DNA of 64,000 nucleotides, from positions 2,818-66,817 of IMG/VR virus record IMGVR_UViG_3300037104_000911. One strand, given 5' to 3'. The position numbers and the translations under genes are program-made. Of this stretch, positions 28,544-37,511 are shown one piece after another; the stretch's first letter is position 1; each line of letters starts with the position of its first letter. The stretch comes from a virus. Below the pieces are notes generated by a model, which was not told the origin of the DNA, did not search any database, and saw only the letters and a list, made by a program, of their open reading frames with translations.

Positions 28544-29032
28544 ATGGAAACACGAAATTGGTATAAAGAAATCAGAATGGATCTTTTTGATCTTAAAAGA
28601 GATCCGAGATTTGTTTTCGCTCATTGTATATCAGCAGATGGAAAAATGGGTGCTGGAATTGCTGTACAATTTGTCAATGAATTTAAGTTACTGAGAGATT
28701 TTAGAAATCAGATCAAAATGAAAACATTGAAACCAGGTTTAAAAGTAGGAACTTGTGTAAAAGTTGGTCGGGTCCTAAATCTGATAACCAAAGAAAAATT
28801 CATGCATAAACCAACTTACGATTCTTTAACTGCTTCTCTTGTGCAATGTAGAGAGATTTGTTGGGACAAGAATATCTCATACCTTGCTATACCAAAGATT
28901 GGGTGTGGATTGGACGGACTTGATTGGAAAAAGGTTCGAGAGATAATCTTAACAATTTTTGGAAATTTAGGAGCATTTGAACTTTGGGTTTGTTATCTAG
29001 ACCCAATAACAAAGGGAGTAACAATAAAATGA
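28544..29032 (+). CDS. Macrodomain protein (Poa1p/DarG-like ADP-ribose processing)
   Basis: DLF, AHCISAD.KMGAGIA, NLITK, LAIPKIGCGLDGLDW. Confidence 0.9.
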   Translation: METRNWYKEIRMDLFDLKRDPRFVFAHCISADGKMGAGIAVQFVNEFKLLRDFRNQIKMKTLKPGLKVGTCVKVGRVLNLITKEKFMHKPTYDSLTASLVQCREICWDKNISYLAIPKIGCGLDGLDWKKVREIILTIFGNLGAFELWVCYLDPITKGVTIK

Positions 29033-29196
29033 AATATGATAGAGAAAAAGGAATCCAATCAATCATTGATCTTCAATCGTTTGTTGGTATAGATGAACCA
29101 AGAGAAAAAGCAGAAAAAGCATGGGATAGTTTTAGTGATGCAGCTAAAGAAAGTACTATGGCAGCCCATGAAATTTTCTGTAAGAAGAAAAAATGA
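29029..29196 (+). CDS. Hypothetical protein
   Basis: GGGAG SD, ATG 29029. Confidence 0.55.
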   Translation: MKYDREKGIQSIIDLQSFVGIDEPREKAEKAWDSFSDAAKESTMAAHEIFCKKKK

Positions 29197-29257
29197 TAAA
29201 ATAAGAGTGAACCAAATAACTTAACATCTAACAAAAAAGAAAAAGGGGAAATATCAG

Positions 29258-29557
29258 ATGTTAATTAAATGCAAAGATTGCAGACGTCATATAGAGTGCA
29301 TGGAAGAAAAAGATGGTTTTGGATGTAATGATTATAAAAAATTTACTCCATTTGAATCATCTTTAAATGAAGAGATAGTAGAACATCTTCATGAATTTAT
29401 TCCATGCGCAGAATGTGAGAAAAAAGAAAATTGTGAACAAGGAAATCTTGGGTTCAATGAACCAGGAATGGGATGTAGAGATTATAAGGATTTTGATCCC
29501 ATTGATGTTGATTCATGGATGTTTGATGAAATTAAAGAAATATCTCTAGAAGATTAA
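29258..29557 (+). CDS. Cys-rich protein with internal duplication
   Basis: Two CxxC...C...GCxDYK repeats. Confidence 0.6.
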   Translation: MLIKCKDCRRHIECMEEKDGFGCNDYKKFTPFESSLNEEIVEHLHEFIPCAECEKKENCEQGNLGFNEPGMGCRDYKDFDPIDVDSWMFDEIKEISLED

Positions 29558-29610
29558 TATTAAACTTAAGTAACCTAACATCTAACTAAGAAAAACGGGG
29601 GGAAATTATT

Positions 29611-29926
29611 ATGTTAAAAGAATATAGACCAACATGGTTTTGGTCAATTTGATTTAGAAGCAGGAAATGGAGATTTAAGTGATCTAGAAGGACATACTTA
29701 TAAATGTCTCAAATGTGGGTCAATAAATCAAGTTTATTTAGCTAGATGGTTTAATGATTCTATACAAGGAACATTAACTTGTTTCATATGCGCAGAAACA
29801 GAAGATTCTGCAAAAGGTTTATCATTAAACAATAAGAGAATTGTAGGTCTTATATCTCGGGCCCATTTTGTCCACTCAGCTTTGAATGAACAACCACATA
29901 GAATAAAAAAACATATGAACTTTTGA
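29611..29926 (+). pseudogene. Frameshifted Zn-ribbon gene
   Basis: ATG 29611 frame stops at 29652; the +1 frame continues with CLKC..CFIC to TGA 29926. Confidence 0.5.
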
Positions 29927-29985
29927 AAAATAAGAGTAAACCAAATAACTTAACAACTAACAATGAGAGAAGGGGGAAAATAATT

Positions 29986-30252
29986 ATGGTAAAGAAAAAA
30001 AGAGTATTAGTTAAAAAACAGATGCAGAAAAAGCGGAACTTAAAAACCAAAGGAAAGTGGGGAAACATGATGGTTCATCTTGATGCTGGAAGAAATGCAG
30101 GAGCTCTATTTCAAACTCAATATGGATTAATTTCTGGTACAGAGTGGCTTGAAAAAGAAGCTAAAAGAATTGGAGTTCTACCAGGAAGAATTGTCGAAAT
30201 AAAAGATAATAAGCTCTATGTAAACCGAGTTGCTGTAGCCTCAAAAATTTAA
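29986..30252 (+). CDS. Hypothetical basic protein
   Basis: GGGGG SD, ATG 29986. Confidence 0.55.
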   Translation: MVKKKRVLVKKQMQKKRNLKTKGKWGNMMVHLDAGRNAGALFQTQYGLISGTEWLEKEAKRIGVLPGRIVEIKDNKLYVNRVAVASKI

Positions 30253-30400
30253 ATTTTCTGTCTGTAGTAATAAAAATAACTCCATCTACATTTGGAGTTA
30301 TTTTTTTGGTTAGTTTTATAAGTTTTTACTATATATATTAATTATTAATAAAATAATCATTTCATGATTTTAAACTTACTATTTTAAAAGGAGATAAAAA

Positions 30401-30601
30401 ATGTCTGACAATTTTAAAAAGGGAGATTCAATTGTTTACACAGGAACCGATAAGGGGTTTCATGGAAAACACGGGGTAGTAGAAAGTATTGAGCACGGAG
30501 ATGTTGATGGATTCATCGTAAGATTTGAAGATGAAACCTCTTGTTTCTGCGGTGAAAAAAATATGAAACTATTAGAAAAGAAGGTAGGAAAATTTGGTTA
30601 A
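30401..30601 (+). CDS. Small SH3/KOW-like protein
   Basis: FKKGDSIV..GKHGVVESI..IVRFED. Confidence 0.55.
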   Translation: MSDNFKKGDSIVYTGTDKGFHGKHGVVESIEHGDVDGFIVRFEDETSCFCGEKNMKLLEKKVGKFG

Positions 30602-30718
30602 GTTTTAGAACTTTTTACTATATATTAATTATTAATAAAATAATCATTTCATGATTTCACTTAACATTGGGTGGAAAGAAACAATGAGATGAAAATAATT
30701 TAAGAAAGGAGAAAAGAA

Positions 30719-31216
30719 ATGTCTTTCGAATTACAATTATCAGTGGGAATTGGTCAACATCAAAAACAAATTCAAGAAGATCCGATGACAGAATCTATAT
30801 TTATATGCTCTGAAGCTTTTTTAACAAAATGGGAAGATGCTTCTAATCACCAAAAACTTCTAAGAATGTTTGCTTCCAACGATCAGATGAAAAAATATAG
30901 ATCTATTATGGATCTATTACTTTGCAGAATATTTCCAGAATATCTTAAAACATGTTTTCACTATTATCGTTTTGGTGGGAAACAATTAAGAGATGTAGCA
31001 TCTGAAGAAGAAATAGATTTACTTGATAAAGCAATATTTATTTCTTTAATCTCTGCAAGGGAAGTGGTTAAAAGAAGAATGCCATTTAAAGGAAAAAGAG
31101 CATTTATAGGAGCTTGTCGGGAAGTAATTAGACAAGCTATTCCATATTCTACTGAGATAGCACAAAAACATGCTTCATCAACATTGTTTATATCAAATGA
31201 ATTGACGAAAAAATAA
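30719..31216 (+). CDS. Hypothetical protein
   Basis: AAGGAG SD; 165 aa. Confidence 0.65.
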   Translation: MSFELQLSVGIGQHQKQIQEDPMTESIFICSEAFLTKWEDASNHQKLLRMFASNDQMKKYRSIMDLLLCRIFPEYLKTCFHYYRFGGKQLRDVASEEEIDLLDKAIFISLISAREVVKRRMPFKGKRAFIGACREVIRQAIPYSTEIAQKHASSTLFISNELTKK

Positions 31217-31246
31217 GACTCAGATTTAGGTCTGAGTCTTATTTTT
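31209..31246. terminator. Bidirectional terminator between convergent blocks
   Basis: AAAAATAAGACTCAGA/TCTGAGTCTTATTTTT inverted repeat. Confidence 0.85.
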
Positions 31247-31297
31247 ATTTAAGAGGTTTAAAGTTAAGTTAACACTATACGCGACTGCCGTTAATTC

Positions 31298-32746
31298 TTA
31301 AGCACCAATTGTCATAGAAGCAATACCCGCTGATCTTACAAGAGCTGTAGCATATCTTGAAAGAATGGTCAAGCTGGGTGTATATCCTAGTGGATAAGGA
31401 TGCAAAATAGCAGGAACATAAGGAGCATAGAAATAAACTGATCTAATTTCGTCTGTAGGAACATAAATTACAACCATGGTTCCCTGTAGAACTACAGAAC
31501 TAGTTAGAACCTTCCATTTTCCACCAGCTACTGTTGCAGTACGATAACCAACATCACCATTAACTGAAGAGGTTCCTGTATAAGCGAAACCATTTAGATC
31601 TTCTAGAATAGCTGCATCTAGAGGATTACAGAGAATAGTATTTGCAGAGTCAATATTGGTATCTGTATAAACCTGTGCTGACAACTGATTTAGGACAGGA
31701 ATAATATTTTCATGCCAATATTTATTTCCCCATAGATATGAGGATGGAGCGGTTCTATCAAAGTTACCTTGATGGGTAGCTTTATTTAATCTACTATTAG
31801 CTGTTAACAACGAGGTAACGATTTCTCTATCAATATCTAGAGCAATCTGTTGACCAAGTAGATTAACAATTTCAGCCTGCATGGAAACATCAAATAGAGC
31901 ACGCATATCCTGCTCCATGTTAATGGTCCAATTTGACTGAATCTGACGATCTTTAGCATACAGTCTAATCTTATCAACTGTCATGGTGATTTTTGGGTTG
32001 ATTCTGTTTTCTTCAAGTGAACAAGTTACTGTATACTTAACATCTATAACTTTACCTGTAGCACTAGAAATAGAAAGAGTACCATTCAAATAATCAACCA
32101 TACCAGAAATAACATCTGAATGACCTGTAACAGTTACACCAGAACTAAAATGACCTTCAACAGCTGGAACGATAGAAACATCAGCCCATGTAGTTCCATC
32201 TGTTACTGCGATAATCTGGAAATCTCTCTCAAGATGGGCATTAGTATTATTAGTACCAATTGCTCCAAGTACATCAAAAGCTGTCTGAGGAACAGCTGCC
32301 GTTCCTGCAGTTGTGGTTCCCAAACCAGGACCACCAGAAATATCGGTGCCAATAACAGGTGCCTGATACTGAGTAGCATCATTTGCTGGAGAGAACTTAG
32401 CATTAATGAATGCTTTAACAGTTTCGGGTTTATCCATAGGGGAAACTGTAACAGCTTCTTTTGCTACGAGCTTAGGATAAAAAACTCGGAGAATAGGCAT
32501 AGTTAAGGTTTCATAAGGATTAATCTGAAACATTGAATTTTCAAGCAAACTTACTCTGGTACTTTCACATAGTACCCTAAAAATTTCTTTATCTTTCTTT
32601 GATTCGAGACCTTCTGACAAACTTGTCATATATGTTTCAAATGCTTTATCATCCACTAAAATTGCTTTCATGTTTCCAGGTTTGGATGGGTCGATACCGG
32701 AAACTTTCTTGGTAGCCTTATAGGCCTCCATGAGTAGTTCCTTCAT
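31298..32746 (-). CDS. Major capsid protein (T4 gp23-like, HK97 fold)
   Basis: MPILRVFYPKLVA..VTVSPMDKP; AKDRQIQSNWTINMEQDM..QIALDIDREIV; YFYAPYVP; SRYA. Confidence 0.9.
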   Translation of the reverse strand: MKELLMEAYKATKKVSGIDPSKPGNMKAILVDDKAFETYMTSLSEGLESKKDKEIFRVLCESTRVSLLENSMFQINPYETLTMPILRVFYPKLVAKEAVTVSPMDKPETVKAFINAKFSPANDATQYQAPVIGTDISGGPGLGTTTAGTAAVPQTAFDVLGAIGTNNTNAHLERDFQIIAVTDGTTWADVSIVPAVEGHFSSGVTVTGHSDVISGMVDYLNGTLSISSATGKVIDVKYTVTCSLEENRINPKITMTVDKIRLYAKDRQIQSNWTINMEQDMRALFDVSMQAEIVNLLGQQIALDIDREIVTSLLTANSRLNKATHQGNFDRTAPSSYLWGNKYWHENIIPVLNQLSAQVYTDTNIDSANTILCNPLDAAILEDLNGFAYTGTSSVNGDVGYRTATVAGGKWKVLTSSVVLQGTMVVIYVPTDEIRSVYFYAPYVPAILHPYPLGYTPSLTILSRYATALVRSAGIASMTIGA

Positions 32747-32929
32747 AATTTATTTTCCTCCTAATTAATTTGGTTTTTCAATAACTTAGGGTATTATCCA
32801 TACCCTATTAAAAACTTTTTATTTTCAATTTGTTCTTCACTATTTATGGGATTAGCAATTACTTTTATTTTAAATTCGCTATTATACTCTCTAGTTTCCT
32901 TCTCAAGCCATTTTTTGGATTCTAGTTAG

Positions 32930-33343
32930 TTACTGATTATTTTTTAGCTTTTTATTAAAAACTCTTACTGTTTCACCCAAATAAAAATTTAATTTATCTT
33001 CTGGTAATTCTTCTACTACATTCAAAACAACCAACATCTCTTTTTTAAATTCACCAATTAATAATCCAGAACCTAAAAGCTTCATTATTCTTTCTAATAA
33101 AGTTTTAACTTTTTTCTTTACATTATAATCTTTCATTAAAATTTCTAAGTCTGCTTTTTCTAAATTAACTTTTTTCTTTTTATTTACCAATAACTCATTC
33201 AAAGATTTTATTTCTTTTAATTTTTTTTGATAATCACTATTCATCAATGGAATTAATACATATAAAACTTTATTTGCTAAATCAATTTTTGATTTTTCTA
33301 CTGTTTCTTTAAAATCTGGTATATTTGTTTTTGTTATTTTCAT
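32930..33343 (-). CDS. Coiled-coil head-region protein
   Basis: K/E/L-rich; lies between protease and MCP. Confidence 0.55.
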   Translation of the reverse strand: MKITKTNIPDFKETVEKSKIDLANKVLYVLIPLMNSDYQKKLKEIKSLNELLVNKKKKVNLEKADLEILMKDYNVKKKVKTLLERIMKLLGSGLLIGEFKKEMLVVLNVVEELPEDKLNFYLGETVRVFNKKLKNNQ

Positions 33344-33345
33344 AT

Positions 33346-33648
33346 CTATTCACCATTCAACATTTCTAATAGTTTTTTTCTTATCACTGAATTTTCTTCT
33401 TTTAATGATTTAATCTTTTCTGTTGTATCTTTTTTTATTTCATCTGATTTAAGTAATAAGTTACTTAAATTTAAATCTTTATTTATTAACTCTTTTTCCA
33501 TCTCTTCTATCTTTTTAAGCTTAGGTCCAATAATAGTTTTATCTTCATCCTTTAGTAATCTTGAAACTCTACTTAGAATATTCTCTACAAACATTTCTTT
33601 GTTTTGAATCTCTATATTCTTTACAGAATTCATAGATACTATTTTCAT
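33346..33648 (-). CDS. Coiled-coil head-region protein
   Basis: K/E/L-rich. Confidence 0.55.
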   Translation of the reverse strand: MKIVSMNSVKNIEIQNKEMFVENILSRVSRLLKDEDKTIIGPKLKKIEEMEKELINKDLNLSNLLLKSDEIKKDTTEKIKSLKEENSVIRKKLLEMLNGE

Positions 33649-33691
33649 AATTCGCTATAGTCCTTTTTCAATGTATTTTAAAAATTATAAG

Positions 33692-33994
33692 TTATTTATT
33701 TTTTGGAATTGTTGCTAGTTTTCTTTTTAATTCTTCTTTACATTTTGCAAGACATGCTTGTCTTTCTTCATTATTAATTTTAAAAGTTCCACATCTATCA
33801 GAACATTTATCAAATGCTCCTCTGATTACTCTATAACCAGCCCAACCCAATGGTAACCCTGCAACGAATCCTACTGCAGACATTGTAGTTTTTTTCGTAC
33901 TTTCCTGAATCTCTTTAATTAACATTATTTTCTGCTCTGTAGTTAAATAATCACTCTCATAAATAATTTTTGCTATTTGTAATTTTTCTGACAT
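33692..33994 (-). CDS. Putative internal head protein (Gly-rich helix plus Cys motif family)
   Basis: VGFVAGLPLGWAGYR..KCSDRCG..CLAKC. Confidence 0.55.
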   Translation of the reverse strand: MSEKLQIAKIIYESDYLTTEQKIMLIKEIQESTKKTTMSAVGFVAGLPLGWAGYRVIRGAFDKCSDRCGTFKINNEERQACLAKCKEELKRKLATIPKNK

Positions 33995-34007
33995 AATTAT
34001 ATTCCTC

Positions 34008-34442
34008 CTACTTTAATTTATCCTTTGCTTCTTCAGCTTTTTTCTTTTTAATTATTTCTCTAACTTTTTTTATTTTATCTTTAAGTTCTTTTTCTTTTTT
34101 TTCTAAAGCTTCTTTTTCTTTATAATATACTTCATCACATTTACTTTTATGATATGGATCTTCTTTGTATTTGTCTTTACATTTTTTCCAACTAATATTG
34201 TATTTTTTTCTTTTATCCCTATTTTCATTCCAAAGGGAAAGTAGAGTAACTAAACTAAGACCACCAACAAAACCAACAACTTTCCAATTAACTTCTTGTA
34301 ATGGTGCTTCTGTTAAATTTTTAAGAAAATCACTATGTTTCTTATCTAGCTCACAAATTTTTTTTATAATACGAATTTTTTTATCTTTTGAGATATTTTT
34401 ATATTCCATTATAAATTTTTGAGTAATTAATTTTGTACTCAT
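34008..34442 (-). CDS. Putative internal head protein (same family)
   Basis: LQE then VGFVGGLSL..KKC..C. Confidence 0.5.
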   Translation of the reverse strand: MSTKLITQKFIMEYKNISKDKKIRIIKKICELDKKHSDFLKNLTEAPLQEVNWKVVGFVGGLSLVTLLSLWNENRDKRKKYNISWKKCKDKYKEDPYHKSKCDEVYYKEKEALEKKEKELKDKIKKVREIIKKKKAEEAKDKLK

Positions 34443-34463
34443 ATTAATTTTCTCCTAGTAAAT

Positions 34464-35144
34464 TTAAATCCATCTATCAAAGAAAGTTATTATTTTAGAT
34501 TCTACAAGACGATCAAAGTACTCAGGAAGATAACATTTTCCATCTGGAGTACAAATAGTTCCATTATCATTACATCTAAAACTTTCATGAAGAAATCTTT
34601 TAGATTCAAATCGAACCTCATTCATATCTACAACAGCTGCTCTATGTGAAGGTAAACTAACTAAATCATAACAAATAATATATAATGGAGATTGAACAAC
34701 ATTGGTGTCTCCTTCTTTAGAAAGTTCTGCCATTCCTCTCATGCTCACACCCAAACCAACACCATCTTTCAACAACCCTAAAATTATATATCCATTAGGA
34801 GTAGAGGTAGTTTCAAAATGCCCAATTAGTTCTTTTCCTTTCCACTCGTAATCTGTTATTATATGAGAAACTTCTTTTAAAGAAACAGTAGTTTGTCTTA
34901 CACCATCATGTTGTTCTACTCCGCTGGGGCATGGGTGGTCTGCTTCCCCCATGAATGCTCTATTATTTATTCTTGGTCTACAATTTCTCATAGCTTCATC
35001 TAAAACTTTACCGGGATATAATCTATGATTCTGATTTTCCTCATCTCTTGTTTGACATACCATTCTAAAAAGAGCTTTCTTAGAGTCAGATTTAATTAAT
35101 TCTGCCTCTTGATATACAGCACCTTCAACTATTATTTTGGACAT
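34464..35144 (-). CDS. Prohead core protease (T4 gp21-like)
   Basis: NQNHRLYP, GEADHP, VSHII, TPNG.I, LGVSMRG, YDLVSLPS. Confidence 0.92.
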   Translation of the reverse strand: MSKIIVEGAVYQEAELIKSDSKKALFRMVCQTRDEENQNHRLYPGKVLDEAMRNCRPRINNRAFMGEADHPCPSGVEQHDGVRQTTVSLKEVSHIITDYEWKGKELIGHFETTSTPNGYIILGLLKDGVGLGVSMRGMAELSKEGDTNVVQSPLYIICYDLVSLPSHRAAVVDMNEVRFESKRFLHESFRCNDNGTICTPDGKCYLPEYFDRLVESKIITFFDRWI

Positions 35145-35155
35145 ATTTTTATCTC

Positions 35156-36064
35156 CTAGTGTATACCAAATTCTAAATAAATTTGTTTTATTTCATCTTT
35201 TAATAAAACTTCAGTTATTATTTCAAATTTATAGTTAAATTTTTCTTCATTCACTATAGCTGCCTTAAATTTTTCAATATTTACTTTATCTTTTAATTGG
35301 TCTGATGGTTTTATTTCATATAAACAATTATATTTTTTGTTTTTAAATTTAACTAAAACATCTGGATGATATCTGTGTTTAACACCATCATAATAATATA
35401 AAATCCAAAAATCTGGTCTTTTAAACCATTCAACATTATCATCATTATCTAATTTTCTAAACATTGCAAGTTCAAATGAAGATTGATATACTAAAGTCAT
35501 ATTAGTTTTTATAGAAGTAAATCTTCCAGTTAAATATTTATATTTTCCTCCTGGTTTTCTTTCTGTTAGTCTACCTTCTAATATTGCAATAGATAAAGAT
35601 TTACTTAAAGTATCTCTCATTTCAGTAGCTTTTTCTTTACCCCAATATTCATCCCATGTTTGTCCTTTATGATAACTACCACATTGAGCTCTTAATTCTG
35701 CTGCTTTTTCTTCCCCATGTAACTCAACATAAGATTTGTTTTTTAATTTTTTTCTTCTCTTTTCATTTATTTCATTTGCTGTTTCTTCTCCATACATTTC
35801 AATTAGAGAAATTCCTTTATTATATGGAGAAATTCCTTTATTCCAAGCTTTTTGACCTTTATGACTATCGCTATTTTTCTTTTTAGATTCAGATGAGTGA
35901 TTTCTCCCAAACATTGCATTATTTTCACCAGCTTGTTTAACCTTATTCGTTTCGGAATTTCTTTTTCTTATTTCTGGACATTTATTTGATCTTTCACTAC
36001 AACATCTCTTCCCATTTTTAAAAGTATGTATTGCTTCATTTCCACATCCATAATCACATAACAT
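35156..36064 (-). CDS. Free-standing homing endonuclease (NUMOD3-like plus TnsA-like PD-(D/E)xK)
   Basis: GENNAMFGRNHSSE, AWNKG; YQSSFE..LD..YHPDVLV..EIKP. Confidence 0.75.
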   Translation of the reverse strand: MLCDYGCGNEAIHTFKNGKRCCSERSNKCPEIRKRNSETNKVKQAGENNAMFGRNHSSESKKKNSDSHKGQKAWNKGISPYNKGISLIEMYGEETANEINEKRRKKLKNKSYVELHGEEKAAELRAQCGSYHKGQTWDEYWGKEKATEMRDTLSKSLSIAILEGRLTERKPGGKYKYLTGRFTSIKTNMTLVYQSSFELAMFRKLDNDDNVEWFKRPDFWILYYYDGVKHRYHPDVLVKFKNKKYNCLYEIKPSDQLKDKVNIEKFKAAIVNEEKFNYKFEIITEVLLKDEIKQIYLEFGIH

Positions 36065-36086
36065 ATTTTTATTTAAGTCTCCAATA

Positions 36087-36407
36087 TTATTTCTTTCTAT
36101 TTTTTAAAGTATTTGCTTTAGCTTGATAGAATTGCTCCATACATTTTTTCCTACAAGTTTTTGCTGCTTTTCCAAATCCTAATTTAGCACCAGCTATATG
36201 ATTACAACTATCAATACATTTATTTTTTTTATTTGTTATATTAGTTAAAAAAAGACCTATAACCCCACCAGAATGCCACATTTTAGAAGCAGCAGATTGT
36301 TCTCCTTTTTCTAACTCTCCAATCTCCTTAATCAACTTTAATTTCTGATCTTTAGTCAAATATTTACTTTCATATATAATTTTTGCTATCTGTAATTTTT
36401 CTGATAT
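36087..36407 (-). CDS. Paralogue of 33692-33994; probable non-ATG start
   Basis: In-frame ISEKLQIAKIIYESKYLT upstream of the tracked TTG matches MSEKLQIAKIIYESDYLT. Confidence 0.55.
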   Translation of the reverse strand: MSEKLQIAKIIYESKYLTKDQKLKLIKEIGELEKGEQSAASKMWHSGGVIGLFLTNITNKKNKCIDSCNHIAGAKLGFGKAAKTCRKKCMEQFYQAKANTLKNRKK

Positions 36408-36412
36408 GATAA

Positions 36413-37456
36413 CTACATTCCTCCTTGGGTTAATTTTAACATAACAGATGCAACACCAGGTTTAACTTTTTTATCATCTTTTTCACTTGGAAATTTAGTA
36501 AATAACTTAGATTTATCTATTTGTTTTTGATCTTGTTTTTCTTTTACTTTATAATATCTACTCATAATACTATATGAATATTCTATAAATTTATAGAACA
36601 TAACAATTATATCATCAATTTGATCTTTGAATGAATCTATATTTGAAATTAATGTTTCAAACAGTTCAATTGTTTGACTTACAAAATCTCTTAACTTCAG
36701 TAATAATTCATCAGAACTAAAAGATAGATGTTCTTCTACTGCTAATAATCTAGCATAAATCTTTTTTAATTCAAATATTCTTCCAATCTCTTCTGCTGTT
36801 TTAGGTGGAGGACCTTCCATTCCCATACCCATTCCACCCATAGCATTAGGATCTTGACCAGGTATCATTCCACCAGCTGCATTGGGATCCATTCCTCCCA
36901 TAGCATTAGGATCCATTCCTCCCATATTAACTGCATTTGCAGCTCCTGTATTAGGATCTGGTGTTGTTTCCTCTTCTTCTCCACCAGTTCCTTTTGGATC
37001 TATCATAGCATTAGGATCTTGATCTGGTTGTTGTGCACCTGGATCTTTTGACTTATCATCTTCTTTATCTTCAGATTTTTTATCTTTATCTTTTACTTTT
37101 TTTTGCTCATTAAGTTCTTCTTCATCATCCCAATCATCTTCAAATTCATCCCATTTTTCATCTGTTTCTTCATCTTCATCAAATTCAACTTCTGGTTTTT
37201 CTTTATAATTTTCTTTAGGAGGTAACTCTTCAATAACTTTTCTTTTTTTCTTTTTAGGAATTGATACAGGAGTCTCATCATCTTCACTATACATATCATT
37301 ACTTTTATAACCATATCCACCTTTGGGTAAACCAGCTAATGGAACTTGAGTTTCATATTCCCCACCATAATCTAAATTAGGAACATCCTCAACTTCATCA
37401 ACTGCTTCTTTTATAAGTTGATCAATTTTATTTCCAAGTGGAAAAAGTTTTTTCAT
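36413..37456 (-). CDS. Acidic head assembly/scaffold-like protein with MGGMDPNA repeats
   Basis: Directly after portal; acidic tracts with LxE sites; helical C-terminus. Confidence 0.5.
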   Translation of the reverse strand: MKKLFPLGNKIDQLIKEAVDEVEDVPNLDYGGEYETQVPLAGLPKGGYGYKSNDMYSEDDETPVSIPKKKKRKVIEELPPKENYKEKPEVEFDEDEETDEKWDEFEDDWDDEEELNEQKKVKDKDKKSEDKEDDKSKDPGAQQPDQDPNAMIDPKGTGGEEEETTPDPNTGAANAVNMGGMDPNAMGGMDPNAAGGMIPGQDPNAMGGMGMGMEGPPPKTAEEIGRIFELKKIYARLLAVEEHLSFSSDELLLKLRDFVSQTIELFETLISNIDSFKDQIDDIIVMFYKFIEYSYSIMSRYYKVKEKQDQKQIDKSKLFTKFPSEKDDKKVKPGVASVMLKLTQGGM

Positions 37457-37511
37457 TTATTTATTTAACTCCTATTATTTTTAATCTTATAATTAATTTA
37501 TTATTTGTTCT

